Made by a program: the position numbers and the translations under genes. Below are positions 30,190 through 47,516 of a stretch of DNA of 60,911 nt, piece by piece. Under the pieces are notes generated by a model. That model saw only the letters and a list, made by a program, of their open reading frames with translations, was not told where the DNA came from and ran no database searches. How positions within the stretch are numbered: the first letter of the stretch is position 1; each line of letters opens with the position of its first letter. The DNA lies in NCBI GenBank assembly GCA_001642005.1, contig LWCA01000069.1:1-60911 (forward strand). The letters run 5' to 3'. Source of the DNA: Intoshia linei. Lineage: Eukaryota; Animalia; Orthonectida.

Positions 30190-33100
30190 TTATGTCATGT
30201 ATAAATGACATTTAAAAACTTTGTAATCAAATAAAAGAGTTACAATAAGAAAAACAACGTAAAGGCAGACCATTACTATACCCATATTCCTGGTCATAAC
30301 CCAATTCATTAGGGCAATGGTAACTATCACAGATACCAACATGGTGAAAAGCATAATAATAGAGCAACCGAACCCAGTGCTCTCGATTGTAGAATACTCG
30401 ACAAAAATTGAATTCAATAGCCATGGAACTGGTAGCCTAATTAAAATGTGAAATATTATAAGAGAAAAATTACCCAATAGTAATATCAAAAATATTACTC
30501 CCGATAGAACTAGAAATAGCCATATCACCATATCCTTTTCTAGCAACGATAACACTAGTAATTAAATCAGGAATACTGGTTCCAGCAGCTAAAAATGTAA
30601 GACCCATAATCTAAATAAATTAATACAACAAATAATCATCCCTACCCTATCAGGAATTCCAAATGTGTACCCTAATCGCGTCGCCCACCATATCATTAGA
30701 TATGATACAGCTCCAATCCACAAAATGCTAAATAAGAATGTGACTGCGAAAAATTTTTCCATAGACTAAATGATATTTATACACAATAAAGACAATTTTA
30801 CCTTTTTACGCACATCTGGAAGAGTACATTTGAATATAACCAACAGGGGCACTACTAATATAAAGTAAAATCTTTTTTTCCATGTTGGAGGCCATACAAT
30901 TTGTAAAGGTTTGTCGGCATCTTCCTCGTTGAGACTTTTGTTTTGCTGGCTACTACTGTTTTTACTAATAGAAGTACGTTTTGATTCTAAATTTTCAGGT
31001 GTTATATAATCATTTGAAAGATAAATTTTGTCATTAATTTTGATTTTGACATTAGATATATTGCTTTGTTCGCTGAGTTTCTTTCGATTTGTGGCATTTT
31101 CATCAATCTCATCCAATTCGGCAGTGGAAATTTTTATACACTAATAATTTTTAAATATTTATCATCAATGTATTGTTTATCCAACCTATATTTTAAAGCT
31201 GTGGTTACCAAACTTTTTCCACTATGGACCACTTGTCACAAAAAGAATAACCTCTTAATCCTGAACATGTCACTAAGGTAATATTTATATTTTTTTATTA
31301 TATATTCCTCCTTAAATCAAAAATTTTACATTAATTTTGATATGATAGCATCAATGGCGTAATTAAAAAAATTCTTGAATATCAACTAATTTGTGTGTTA
31401 AATTTATCATGTCAACTCAAGAGTCTTAGAGAGGTGGATAGGGTTATATGAAATTATAATTCGTCCACAAAATTATTTAAGGGGCTATTTTAGGAGTGGC
31501 CACGAGCTTGCTACTTGTAAATTTTCACATCATTTTGATAAAATAATGTTTACATTCACTAATAATAATAAATCATAGATAATAAATAATATTCTAATTT
31601 AATATTATTGTTAAAAAAAAAATTATCTTCATTTTATTTCAAAATTTTATTGTGGACCACCTAGAATTTCCTGTGGACCACCAGTGGTCCATGTGAACTA
31701 CTTTTGGCACCACTTCTTAAAGATTAACCACTTTTGTCATAGTTAACATAGGTTACTTTTATCAAATAAGTTTAAATAAAGGATACAGGATAGTAGACGT
31801 ACATTAGCGATTATAATAAATTTATTACTTTTAAAATCTATTGAAAATGTTGATGTTGATAAAGATACTACATGTTAACAGTATATTAGGATTTTAATTA
31901 CATTCATTAAAGAATTAATTTGTATGTTTTAATTTAAAATGAAATAAATCATACGTATCTTTTAATAATAAAATAAGTATTTGAATAAAATAGTTTATAA
32001 CTAACTGGATAGTAGAATTATATCATAAGTCAATAAAAATTTTAGTCCCATTCATAATTATTGTAATTAACCAAATGTTTTTTGTATTTACATATACCAA
32101 AAATGAAACCTGATTTCTAATTTTATATGGTAATTCTATTAGTCGATAATATTTAAATCCCAATCCACTCAATTACGACAAGAAAACATTTAAAATTTTA
32201 AATAGCTTTATATAATGTGGACATTTTTCCTTATAAATAAAAATATATTATATATAAATATAAATAAAATGAAAAAATATTATTATACATTTGTAAAATA
32301 GTAAAAGATATTACCGTTTTATTATCACTTTCTAAATTATATTTTTCTAAAGAATTATGAGAACTTTTTACAACTTCATCATCCATGCAATGTTTCAATT
32401 CATCGATATTCTTCTTTTTCAAAATCTTGTTTAAATTTTTAAGTCGATCTGCTTTAATAGCTACATCCTCTAATTTTAAATTAGCAAAAATAAAAAATGT
32501 GAAAATTCCTGTGTGTATTAATTACAAATCAATAACCTGTTGTTAATTGCATCGTATGCAATAATAGGTGAACAACTCCTTTTCTATAATTGTATCTTCC
32601 ACATTGAATACTGGAAAGACATTTAGTTTTTCGTTTTTTCTAATAAAATTATAGTCTGAAATATTTAAAATTACAGTTTTAGGTTTATTTTCAGTTTTAA
32701 TTCCATGAGATTCGCCAGCAGGATTATTTTTCGAATTATTAGACGAATTGCTCGCTTGATAATTTTTGTTCTGAGAGTTTTTACGCGTCAACTCTTTTTC
32801 GTTTAATTTTTTGAGACAACTCAGTTGTTTGACTCGTCTTTCAATCCCAATGTTGAAATACATAAATACCACATAAGATACGTAAACAGACAGAAGCAAG
32901 GCTGCTTCGTACCAATATATTTTTCTATCAAAAATGACAACTATTAATAGTATTAAAGATATTAGATAGAATAACACGTCTCTGAATAGAGGCCACCAGG
33001 TAAGATAGAGAATACCAACACTGAGGAATGAACACATTCCTATGACAAATAGTATGTTAAATACAGCAGATCCCACGATTGTCCCGACACCTACATCAGA

Positions 33101-33598
33101 TTTAGAAGCAAATACACCAATGATGCTACTAAAAAGCTCTGGGGCACTACCACCCGCAGCCATAAAGGTAGCACCAGCTACATCTTCACTAATGTTAAAA
33201 CGGTGTATGATAACATTTAAAGAAGGAACAAAGAATTCGTCACATATTATGGCTAAGGCCAAAAACATGTAGAGCATTCCAATAATGTGTAGAATAAAAC
33301 CACCATTTAAAATTTGTTTTTCAGTTAAAAGTTCTTTTGGGTACTGGCTGACTATATTGGAACCTTGTTGCGTTTTTGTCGTAATGTTTTTTTGGAGTAG
33401 TGCCATTTGGTAGGCAACTGTTTTATTGATTGAAAGAAGATGTCTGGATTTATGAATGTACATTTGTTTGTTGTCGAGCAGTTGAAAGCAGCTTGAATAT
33501 ATGTAATTTGTTAAAACATAAATAGAAAATATAACGAAAATTGTTAGAATATAAATAATATTTCTTCGCTTTCTGGTGGGTAATCGATGATACACCAT
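30190..33598 (-). CDS. K+-dependent Na+/Ca2+ exchanger (NCKX, SLC24 family), multi-exon
   Basis: Alpha-1 repeat [15 protein letters not shown]...[14 protein letters not shown]; alpha-2 repeat [15 protein letters not shown]...GSNIFDI; also TLPDVR and GLPVPW. Confidence 0.95.
31199..31715. mobile_element. hAT MITE in NCKX intron
   Basis: ctgtggttaccaaact...tttggcaccact, with subterminal tggacc repeats; approximate TSD ttttaaag/tcttaaag. Confidence 0.6.
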
Positions 33599-34479
33599 TT
33601 TGAGAAATTTTTATAAAATTAACGAATCCAGATTCTAGTTTATTTTTTCTAAATCAATATAAGCTATGGAAAAGTTGAAATGTATATTTGCATCGAAAAT
33701 CTAAGATGAATATTAATTTAAATCTTAATATATGAAATTTCCATTAACCATTAAATACAGACACTCAAATAAAAAATCAATAATAAAGTATACACAGAGA
33801 ATATTAATATTTCATCATCTATCTATATCTATCAAAGTGAAAGTAATGAGTTTTTAAAAATTTATTGATTCAAACATTTGAGCAGAAAAAAATGTAATCA
33901 TATATCTAAATGCTAACCGATACAATTATTGACTTGAATTAAGTAATTAATAATTTCATTAAAAAATAAATTAAATTACATAAATAATACCTACAGGAAA
34001 TGTTTTTCATTCATTTGTAAACTGAAAATAAATGGGTCAATAAAAATGTAATTATAAACATTAACTATTCAGGTTATTGATATCAATAATTTGAGATCCA
34101 TATTTACCAATTTTGACCATACTGTTTTATGAAATGTGATATCTCGATATTCTAAATTAAAGTGCTAACTCCTTGATTACATATATAAATAACAATTTAT
34201 TTAATTTAATAAACAGAATCGATCATATTCTATTGACTATATTAAAGTTCCTGTGGCTGTAACATATATTAATGAAAAGATTATGAATTATCTCCCAATT
34301 TGATAGGTAAACTTGTAAATTAAATTTGTACCATACAAAATCAATTATAGAATCGATAAAATACTTTATGAAAAAACTAGTCAAATTTATTTACATAAAC
34401 ATTTTACATACATCGATTTGTAAAATTATTTTATTTACAACAAAATATCGTATTAACAATCCATGATAGTCACAGCACT

Positions 34480-38005
<3,526 letters not shown>

Positions 38006-38299
38006 TTTTGTTCAAGTTGAATTTGGACAGATGTTATGAATTTTAACAGAATTTCGAAATAACACTAATTATATTCTTCCATCAAATATTTAATATTTTT
38101 ACAGATTGGTACAAAGATTTTATTATCATTATATATTTCCATAGAATTATTTATTGTTTACTGAGTAACGTAAACTTTATTATCACTTTATCGCTTATCA
38201 ATTTTAATTTTAAATTTAAAATATAGTTGTCAATTATACTAAGTTAGAATTCCGTTATCAAAACTCATAATTGCCCCAATCCGAGGTCCGACTGTAGTT

Positions 38300-38670
38300 T
38301 ATAAAACGAAGAATACCAATTAATTTATTGACTAAAATAAAAATTATATCCGATATTGATAACGGCAAAATATATCAAGAGGTAGCTGATGACCATATCC
38401 GACCAAGAAAAAATATAATATCAATTTATCGAAACCGTGTTAGAATCTTATGTAAAACGGAGACAAGTAGCAATAATTTAACCAACATTAAATCACTCAA
38501 ATGGAAAAAATATTTATAGGGTTTTTAAGTCGTCGGAAAGTAAACGTTCCTCTATACGCGGAAATTTTGAAGGAAAAATCTAAAGAAATTATGGAAATCA
38601 TTCATCCTAACGCAACTTTAAATATAGTGATTGTTGGTTATCCAAATTTGACGAGGAACGACGAGATATG
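38300..38670 (+). pseudogene. pogo/Tigger (CENP-B-like) transposase N-terminal remnant
   Basis: LTKIKIISDIDNGKIYQEVA...IISIYRNR (HTH_psq-like), a stop, then FLSRRKVNVPLYAEILKEKSKEI and, after a frameshift, FKYSDCWLSKF (Tc5 HTH, cf. FKASxGWLxxF). Confidence 0.7.
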
Positions 38671-39302
38671 TTAATTTATATCGATAAACTAATCCAATAT
38701 ACAAAAACAAAGGAAATGCAATCAAATTTACAAAATTTATATAGTCTTAAATGTATATTTAATCTGAAAGTTTTCATTATAATTTTTATACAGCAGCGTC
38801 GGCAACCTATTAAATTTCGTGGGCCACTTTTTTACATCAAAAAATTCTACGGACCCCGTTTTTGAAAGTTTACACATGATACATTTCAAATAAAATTAAT
38901 TTACATATTTACTTGAAGGGCAACCAAAATTATTCTGGGCCACTGAGTAGTTGTCGACCCCTGATGTACATTGTACAATGTAGATGGGTTACATTACTTA
39001 TTAATATTATTTTTAAAAATTTTAAGTTTAAAAGCAGATATATATGTATGTGAAGTAGAATTTTCACTCTTGATAACAATCAAACAAAAAAAGAGAAAGA
39101 ATTAAATACATGTATGTTGAAGAATAAATAAGAATTTATCTCATATTCGACCTAAAATTAATAAAATTGTCAAAACTCATCTAAAATTTCAAACATTAAA
39201 TAATTATTTCAAAATACATTATCTTTGATTATGTTATTATTAATTGTCGCTTACTTTAAGTGTTGCCTTGAAAAAATAATCTCAAAATCAATTTGGCCAC
39301 CT

Positions 39303-39631
39303 GGCATCTTTCTCGTTGAGACTTTTGTTTTGCTGGCTACTACTGTTTTTACTAATAGAAGTACGTTTTGATTCTAAATTTTCAGGTGTTATATAATCAT
39401 TTGAAAGATAAATTTTGTCATTAATTTTGATTTTGACATTAGATATATTGCTTTGTTCGCTGAGTTTCTTTCGATTTGTGGCATTTTCATCAATCTCATC
39501 CAATTCGGCAGTGGAAATTTTTATACACTAATAATTTTTAAATATTTATCATCAATGTATTGTTTATCCAACCTATATTTTAAAGCTGTGGTTACCAAAC
39601 TTTTTCCACTATGGACCACTTGTCACAAAAA
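39303..39631 (-). repeat. 329-bp duplicate of NCKX exon/intron segment 30916-31244, flanked by 29-bp direct repeats
   Basis: Base-by-base comparison shows one mismatch. Flanking repeats at 39273-39301 and 39641-39669. Confidence 0.95.
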
Positions 39632-40205
39632 AAATTATCTAAAATAATTTCAAAATCAATTTGGCCACCACGGTCTGCAGATTTAACGGCATATAATTTC
39701 TTTCTGTGGTGGTAAATTAAATCAAAAATTTACGAAAACTTTCATTCAACCCTAGAAAATCTTAAAATCAATATATCTCAATTAATATCAAACATCAACT
39801 CAACAAACGAACAAGAATTGCTAAATGTGTACCACAATGTAACTAGCATGTGGACATATATAGATCCCAAGTCTGCAGTGGTATAGTCAAATAAGACTCG
39901 GTTAATGTTTGTTTCTGTGTATTCATTAAGTTTATCAAAAATGTTAATAAGGTAAAAATCTCTTAAAATCTTGCTCCCATTTTCAAGGTTGAATGTATAC
40001 ATTAATACAGGACTCCGTGACCTATATTTGATAAATCAATTTCTATCTTCGAAATTTTCTCTTATTTTAAACAAAATGCTATTTTGGTATAGAGAGAATC
40101 GACTGTATCATATTTATATAATTTGTATGCAGTATATCACAACTGGTACTATAATTCTATAACAATACATTAAAATAAAGGTACATTTACCTTCTAAAAT
40201 TACCG

Positions 40206-41535
40206 ATGGATTTTTTATCATTACTCAGTTTTATTGCATCACTTACAACAATATGTTTCTATTTTACTGGCATGTAATATTAGTCATTCAATTCTTTTTC
40301 AGTATTTGAGAAGTAATTATAACAATTCTTTTTTCTGAATTACTTATCTTATATTATTTCTAAAATAGCATTTTTTATTGTTTTTAGAACTACATGTAAA
40401 AACATATACAAAGAAAAAAAAATTGCAAATCATAATGTTTATCCATTTATTAGTATATTTTATGGGTAATTTTTTAATTAATTGATAATATAATTAATTT
40501 ATAATAATAATATTTTAATTAATATAAGTTGTATATTTTGGACAATTTACGGTATATTAGTTAATGATAATGCTATAATTTCAAGTAACATTCCAGGTGT
40601 AGTGTTATCAACAATTTATATTGCCATATTTGCCTTCTATTCAACCAGAAAAGTAATTTTTGATCCCACTATAATTAAAATCTTTTGGCTTGATCATAAT
40701 TGAAATTATTGCGAGTTTTTATTTTTGTAGTATATTGATAAATAATATAATTATCGTAAGGATGCCCTCAAGGATAATTATATAAGTATCATTATAATTA
40801 TATGATCAATTCAAAAATGTGTAAAATTTATAAAATAAATTATGCCAAATATGTTATGAATATTACTATACTTATATATTACTTACTATATTCTCTTTAC
40901 TTTATGAAAGGTTCGGCAATCTTTAAAAATAAAGAATTTACATATTTACTCAAAAGATCACCAAAATTATTCTGTAGCCTACTGGTTGCCGATCCCTACT
41001 TTATGATATTATTTAATTAATTATTTAATTTTAGTGGTTTTATATACGATTTTGCATATTAACATTAATAATACTCTACTTAATCAGAAATACTAATCAG
41101 TATGTTTATTTCGATGAAATTGATTTTTATGGAAAAATATCCAGTATCTTTAGTATAACAACAGCCGTTTCACCTTTGACAAAAATAGTATATATTAATA
41201 TTAACTCTAAATTAGTGTATTTTAGAAACCAGTTATGAAAACTAGAGATTCATCTTCAATTTCATTTTTAATGACTTTCATTAACTTGATAAATTCTGGT
41301 GAATGGGTTTTGTACGCCTTAATAGTTCAAGATAATGTCATTTTAGTAATTACATTTTTTCATTAATTAAATTCACCGGCCTTATCAACCGATTTAGGAA
41401 TTCATTTTTTTAATATTTTATAATATTATTTAGATTCCGAATTTTCTTATCATGATGGTTAGTGCCTTCATTATTCTTATATATTGTTATTATTATTTAC
41501 CTCAAAAGAACAAAGATTATATTGAAAATATTTAA
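40206..41535 (+). CDS. SLC50A1: SWEET sugar transporter (SLC50A1-like), 6 exons; absent from the ORF track
   Basis: MDFLSLLSFIASLTTICFYFTG|ITTCKNIYKEK...YPFISIFY|GCIFWTIYGILVND...SNIPG...|...AVSPLTKI|KPVMKTRDSSSISF...WVLYALIVQD..IL|IPNFL; two MtN3 repeats. Confidence 0.88.
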
Positions 41536-41907
41536 AATTTTAATATTTTAATAAATTTATAATTTTGTTTTAAGTTTCTATTTCTGTTTTTATTTTTCAT
41601 GTGTCTTTTTATTCTTAGTCATTTTTCGTAATATTTCTACATTCACTTCATTCATTTGTATACATTTTTTACTATGCATGAATATAATAATATTGTATTA
41701 ATGAAAAAATTCGAAATCAAGATTAATCTACTTTTTACCGTCATTTTTGGCAAAATCCTAGAATGCATCTTACGAATATAGATTTGAAATACTTTTAAAA
41801 AATTTTAACTATTCATTTCAAAATACATAAAGTAGTCATGAAGAATTTCAAATAAATTTATTGTAAAATTTATTAACAATAATAAATAATCTTAATAATA
41901 GTTGAAA

Positions 41908-44900
41908 ATGCAAGGTAGAGAAAACAATTTTATTAATCAACATTTTAGCTATACGTGTTGCAGTAATTCAATGCTTAGTAAAAAACGATAAAAGTGTAAA
42001 TCTTTTAAATATACAAAAAATGATTAAAACTGCTGTTAATCATAAAAATTCAGATTTGGTAGTTTTACCGGTATTATACAATAAATTTTAAAAAAAGTAA
42101 ACTAAGGAATGCTGTAATTCTCCATATGATACTTCAAAATTTGCAGAATATGCTGAAGAAATACCGGGAAGATCTTCTGAAATATTTTCTAGCATGGCCA
42201 AAAGCCATAAAATATTTTTAGTTGCTGGATCAATTCCCGAAAAATCTGGGAATAAATTATACAATACTTGTACAGTTTACAACCCTTTGGGAGAATTGAT
42301 TGCTAAATATAGAAAAGTACATTTTAATTACGTGTATGTTCTAATTTCTACACAATTAAAACGTGATTCTGTAGTTAAAACGTAGTTCTACAATTAGATT
42401 ATGTACATTTCTATTTTAAAGTATGATATAAGTATTTATTAATATAAATAAAAATTTGAGTCATATTCCTTTTATTGAAAAATTAATGAGAAATTTTAAA
42501 GAAATAAATACATTAATTCATATTTTTTTATTTAGATGCATTTGTTTGATGTCAATATTCCTGGAAAAATAAAATTTCAAGAATCTAACACATTAACTGC
42601 AGGAAAAAAACTTTGTACATTTAGTATGGGAGAAAAATTTAGTTAGTATTAACTAATAATTATGATTTTACATTGAAGAGTAATATATAATTTTTTTTAA
42701 TCATCTTTTAGACATTGGAAGGGTCAAATACACTTAACCCAAAATTGTTTCAGTTTAATATGTACTGTCGATCGGTTTTCTTGAAAATGCCCATCCGACT
42801 TGTTTACTGTCAATCTTATGTAACTGACCCGTTTTTTCATTGATCTAATATTTTATAGAGTTTTATGATACTTTTTTTATACATTACATACATACATGTA
42901 TTAAAATTTAAAAGTGAACTGTTCGAAAAAAAATTCACCAAAAAACCCTTTCAGCATTCTGTGAATCCAATTTTCTACATATCAAACTGAATTTTGTAAT
43001 GAAATTTGTAACCTTAATACAACCCTGCCGGGTGATTTTATTTTAAACTTTTAAAAAAATTAATTTTCTTTATGAACATTTCGTATTATTTATTACTATA
43101 TTTGACTGTTATGTACTACGTACAAACGGCATCTAGCACTGCCGAGGGCTGTTATTTATTCTACCAATATAATTATTTCATAATTTTTGTTTCAAATTAA
43201 TTAATTAATAATAATATTTAAATTAATAAAATAATACAATAAAAAAATGAATATTAAAGTGATTTTTTGACCATGAATGCTTCACTTAATCAGATTGAAA
43301 TTTTTTAAATTATAGGGCTGTTTTCATTTTTAAAAAAAGTTAATCTGGGTTTTTGACCGTGAAAATTACCTTTTATGAGGTACCACTTATGATAATGGTT
43401 ATGAATTTAAAAACCATTACAGAATTTATGTTGTATACAATTATAAAACGTCCTTAATTTTTAAAAAAAGGGTAATTTGGGGTTTTGGCCGTGAAGATAT
43501 ATGATTTTGAAATTGAAAATTATTATAATATTGATGAATTTATAACTTTTTATAGAATGTGTAATTTTTATAATTCTAGGACTGTTTTGAATTGGGGGTT
43601 TTAACTTTGAAGGACTCAATTTCTGAAATTGAAATAAATAAACTGGAACAAACAAATAAATAAACAGACATACATTTTTGACCATTTTATTTTATATTAG
43701 AATAAGGATTCTAATTGTGTATTATGTATTTTATAACAGTGATTCTTAAACTTTTTTGTATAACGCAACTGCTGATAGTTAAAAAATGTGTAAAAGTAGA
43801 AATAATGATGTATTGACCCATACCAGAGTGATATCATTTTCGAGGCTTTGACCAAATTTTAGAAAAATGGGAACATGCTTTTCTAAATTGAGTATATTTT
43901 TGAATATGATAACTATTTTATGGGTCAAATTTAAATTTTCAAGTCCAGATTTTGAACTCCAGACTAAAGGAGCGGTGTCTAGTGGTTATATGGCATTCTG
44001 CATCAATGGTGAAACTATTTTGGTCCCTGGAGCATGGTTGGTTCAGCTCTGTCCATTCAAACAAAATTTCTAATTTATTATGATTTAAAATTGTATTTTT
44101 TGTAGGCAGATTAATTCCATGGATATAATCACATAAGGCTGGGCATATAAACCCCTTTCATTATAGAAAACATATACGTGAAGCAATTTATATACATTTT
44201 TTAAAATTTCACATGGCCCCAAAACATTCGAACCCACCCGGTTTGAAAACCACTGATGTATAAGATTGTATCCATCCATTAATGCTAATAAGCAAAATTT
44301 AGATAATTTTAAAATTGGATTGGGAATTTGTTATGACATGCGATTTCCATTGCTAGCATTCGCTTATTCTAAATTAGGTTATAATTACTATTTAAATTTA
44401 TAAATCCGTTGTAGATGTTGACATGTTAATTTATCCTGGAGCATTTAATATGACAACGGGACCACTTCATTGGGAATTGTTACAGCGTGCTAGAGCAGTA
44501 GATAATCAAATATTTGTGATTGCTGCTTCTACAGCTCGTGACGAAAAATCAAACTATGTAGCTTACGGGAATAGTGGAATTATTAGTCCATGGTTTAATA
44601 AACTAAATCAGTGGTTCTCAACAGGGGTGTAATTTTACTAATTCAAGGGAGGAAATTAAAAATTAATCAATTAAACATACGTAATGTACAGTAATATACA
44701 TATGTATGTAATAGTAAAGTGAATTTTTAAATTTAATTACAACCAACATCATTATTGAGTATGTCATTATTTTTTAAGTACAAGTATACATTATAATCTA
44801 ATCATTAGATTATAATGATACTCCCCACTGCTAAACACTAAAAACGGAGTATTACACGATAACCTGAAATATAAAATGTACATTGTACATCTAACAACCC

Positions 44901-47290
44901 TGGAAAGTGATTTTACATATATTTTCTTAAATTGCGGGATTAGTTAGATATTAGTCTAAATTTGCTATTGAGAAAATCCCTGATGTATAATTGTTCATAA
45001 AGCCCAGGAAATATATGCACCATTTGGCGACACCAGGGACGTGTAAAGCCAGCAGTAGGCCCGGTCAGATGAAAATTAGGCCTCTACAAATTTTTTTAAA
45101 AAAAATGGACATCTATACATTGCTTAATAGATTGTTTATTATCTAAAAATTAAAATTAACCGTTGGAAATCGCATTGGTCAACAAAAATGAAATAATTTT
45201 GGTATACTTAAGAAATTTTCTATCATTAGCTATTAATAAATTAAAAAAGTCCTCATCACGATTGTATATCGTACTATATGACCTATATGACACATACCTG
45301 GGTGACACCTGTCGATATACTCATTTTTTAATGTATTTCAAGGTGAATTTTTGAAATTAATGAATTATTTCAATGTTAAAGACCGTTCATGAAACAATCC
45401 ATAACTAGTTTTTGGTCAAAGATGTGGAATTGATAACCATAAGTGAGAGAAAACGTTATTCTTACTTATATAATATGCTTTGTTATTCGGTGTGTGTTAT
45501 CGTTTATTTCAATAACTACCAGTCTTAGAATTTTATAAAGTCCACATTTCTATTACATTTTTGGCCGGGTGAAAGTAAGATAAATTTCAACCTCCCAAAC
45601 TCACATCTATGGGTCAAAAAGCCCAATTATTTTTTTTTTGAAAATCAAACGAGTTCGAAAATTTAAATTTAAAAAAATATATCTTCAGGCCAAAACCACA
45701 AATTACCTTTTATTAAATGAAAACAGCCCTAGAATTAAAAAAACTTACAAGTGGTACAGTTGTATCCTGTTAACACACACAAAAAATTTAAATCTGAATA
45801 AGTGACGCCTTCTCGGTCAAAAGCACTTTAGTATTCATATATTTTTTTTCCGAAATATTTTATTAAAACAAAAAATGTGAAATAATTAACAGTTTTAAAA
45901 TTAAAAAAGAGATTATTCTGATAGAGATTATTCCAGTTGATATAAATACAAAATTTCATAACTCAACTGGAACAAGTAAAGAATATGTTGAAATTCTCAA
46001 TTTGAGAACCACTGAATTAAATTAATATTATATTTGAATTATCAATTTATATTGAGAAAAATTAGGGGAAAACATATTGCTAAAGCTGAAAGTGCAGAAT
46101 CTATAATTTACGGAAACATAGGTATTAATATTATAAATTAGAGCCCTGCAACTGGTAAAACGACGGTGGTTAGTATTATTTTAGACCAGTGAATGTAGTT
46201 TGAACGATAATTATTTTATCAAAATTTGATGGCATATTGGATGTTGAGTAGACTCCAAAATTCAAAATTTGGTTTATTTACATATGTTAAGTTGACAAAA
46301 CCACGATATAAATAACTGTTCAGAAACAACTCATATCCCGATAATTAGTGTCATATTCCCAACTATTTCCTCTAAATGACTTTGATAACTCATAATTTAA
46401 ACGCAAACAGACAACCAAATACGCGATATGTACGTAAATACATGTATATCAAGGATGCTCAACCTGTCGATCGCAAGTGATTTTCTAGTCGATTGTCAAA
46501 ATTAAAATTAATTTTTTATTTTAATATTGATTTATATAATTTATTTTTAAAATTTGTAAACATTTAAAATTTAAATTAAATAAATGCGATTTAACTTGTT
46601 TAAATCGTTATCGAATAAATAAATTAGTCCACTATTTCTTAAACTAGGTTTTGCCGATAATTTTCAAATATACATCGAAAGTACTTGGAATTATTCTGAA
46701 TTTTAATTTTTATGTTTTCGACGATCACACTCAAAATATTTAGATCTTTTATTAATTAATTAAATTAACTAATTATTTGACATTTTTTATTGGATTTTGC
46801 AAGCCGATTTTTTTGAAATAGGTTCCGATCAGAAAAATTTTTGTAGTCAATGTATTAGTCGATCGCATTAAAAAAAGTTGGGCACTCCTGATGTATATTA
46901 TCATGCAGGGTTCTAACATTATATTAATTAAAGCAGACCAGTTTCCAACCTTTTTTTTAAATTGCTTTAAATACAATTTATTTCGTTAAAATTAAAATGT
47001 ATTAAGTACATGTATCAATATAAAATATTTAAAAACCACTGTATTATAAAGTGGGCAAGTTATTCTATAGAAAGATAAACTTTAAAAGCTTTGTTTTGTT
47101 AAGATGAATAATCGAATTGTTTGAAAATCACACTTTGATCGTCCCTGTTGTAATATAAGTGTATATATATATGTGTAATATAAATGATTTGCATTATTTA
47201 GATAAAGATGAATTGGTTCAATCTCGCCAAAGCATACCAGTGAGAAAACAGGAGAATATACGAAACTACGACAATATTTTAAATGAATAG
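41908..47290 (+). CDS. NIT2: Omega-amidase NIT2 (nitrilase family), multi-exon with TE-expanded introns
   Basis: Catalytic E-K-C triad in VVLP|ECCNSPY, KYRK|[17 protein letters not shown] and GICYDMRFP; [26 protein letters not shown]. Confidence 0.93.
43737..44255. mobile_element. hAT MITE with nested second MITE, in NIT2 intron
   Basis: cagtgattcttaaac...gtttgaaaaccactg; flanks ttttataa/atgtataa. Confidence 0.65.
44609..46014. mobile_element. 1.4-kb composite hAT element in NIT2 intron
   Basis: 13-bp perfect TIR cagtggttctcaa/ttgagaaccactg; TSD aactaaat/aattaaat; carries an inverted copy of the 26229 repeat family. Confidence 0.8.
46450..46890. mobile_element. hAT MITE nested in an outer TIR element (~46139-46915, tagagccctgca/tgcagggttcta)
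   Basis: Perfect TSD atgtatat; ends caaggatgctcaac / gttgggcactcctg. Confidence 0.75.
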
Positions 47291-47516
47291 AGTTGTGTTC
47301 AGTTAATATAAAAAATAAATTTTTTTCAATAGTTAATTGATGACCAAATTTCACAAGATTTTAAAAAAGAATGTTTTGGAATTAACTAACACTATAAATA
47401 AAAAGGTTTTAATTAAATTAAATTAATCTAAATTTGTTTGAAATAGTCTACAGAAAAATATATTGATAAATGTGTAATTAACCTATTCAACCATAAATAC
47501 CTTTCACCAAACAATA

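Noticed and set aside
43461-46976. Short ORFs in NIT2 introns (also 24858-25052, 49299-49517)
   Set aside because: They fall inside MITEs or repeats and have low-complexity AT-driven composition.
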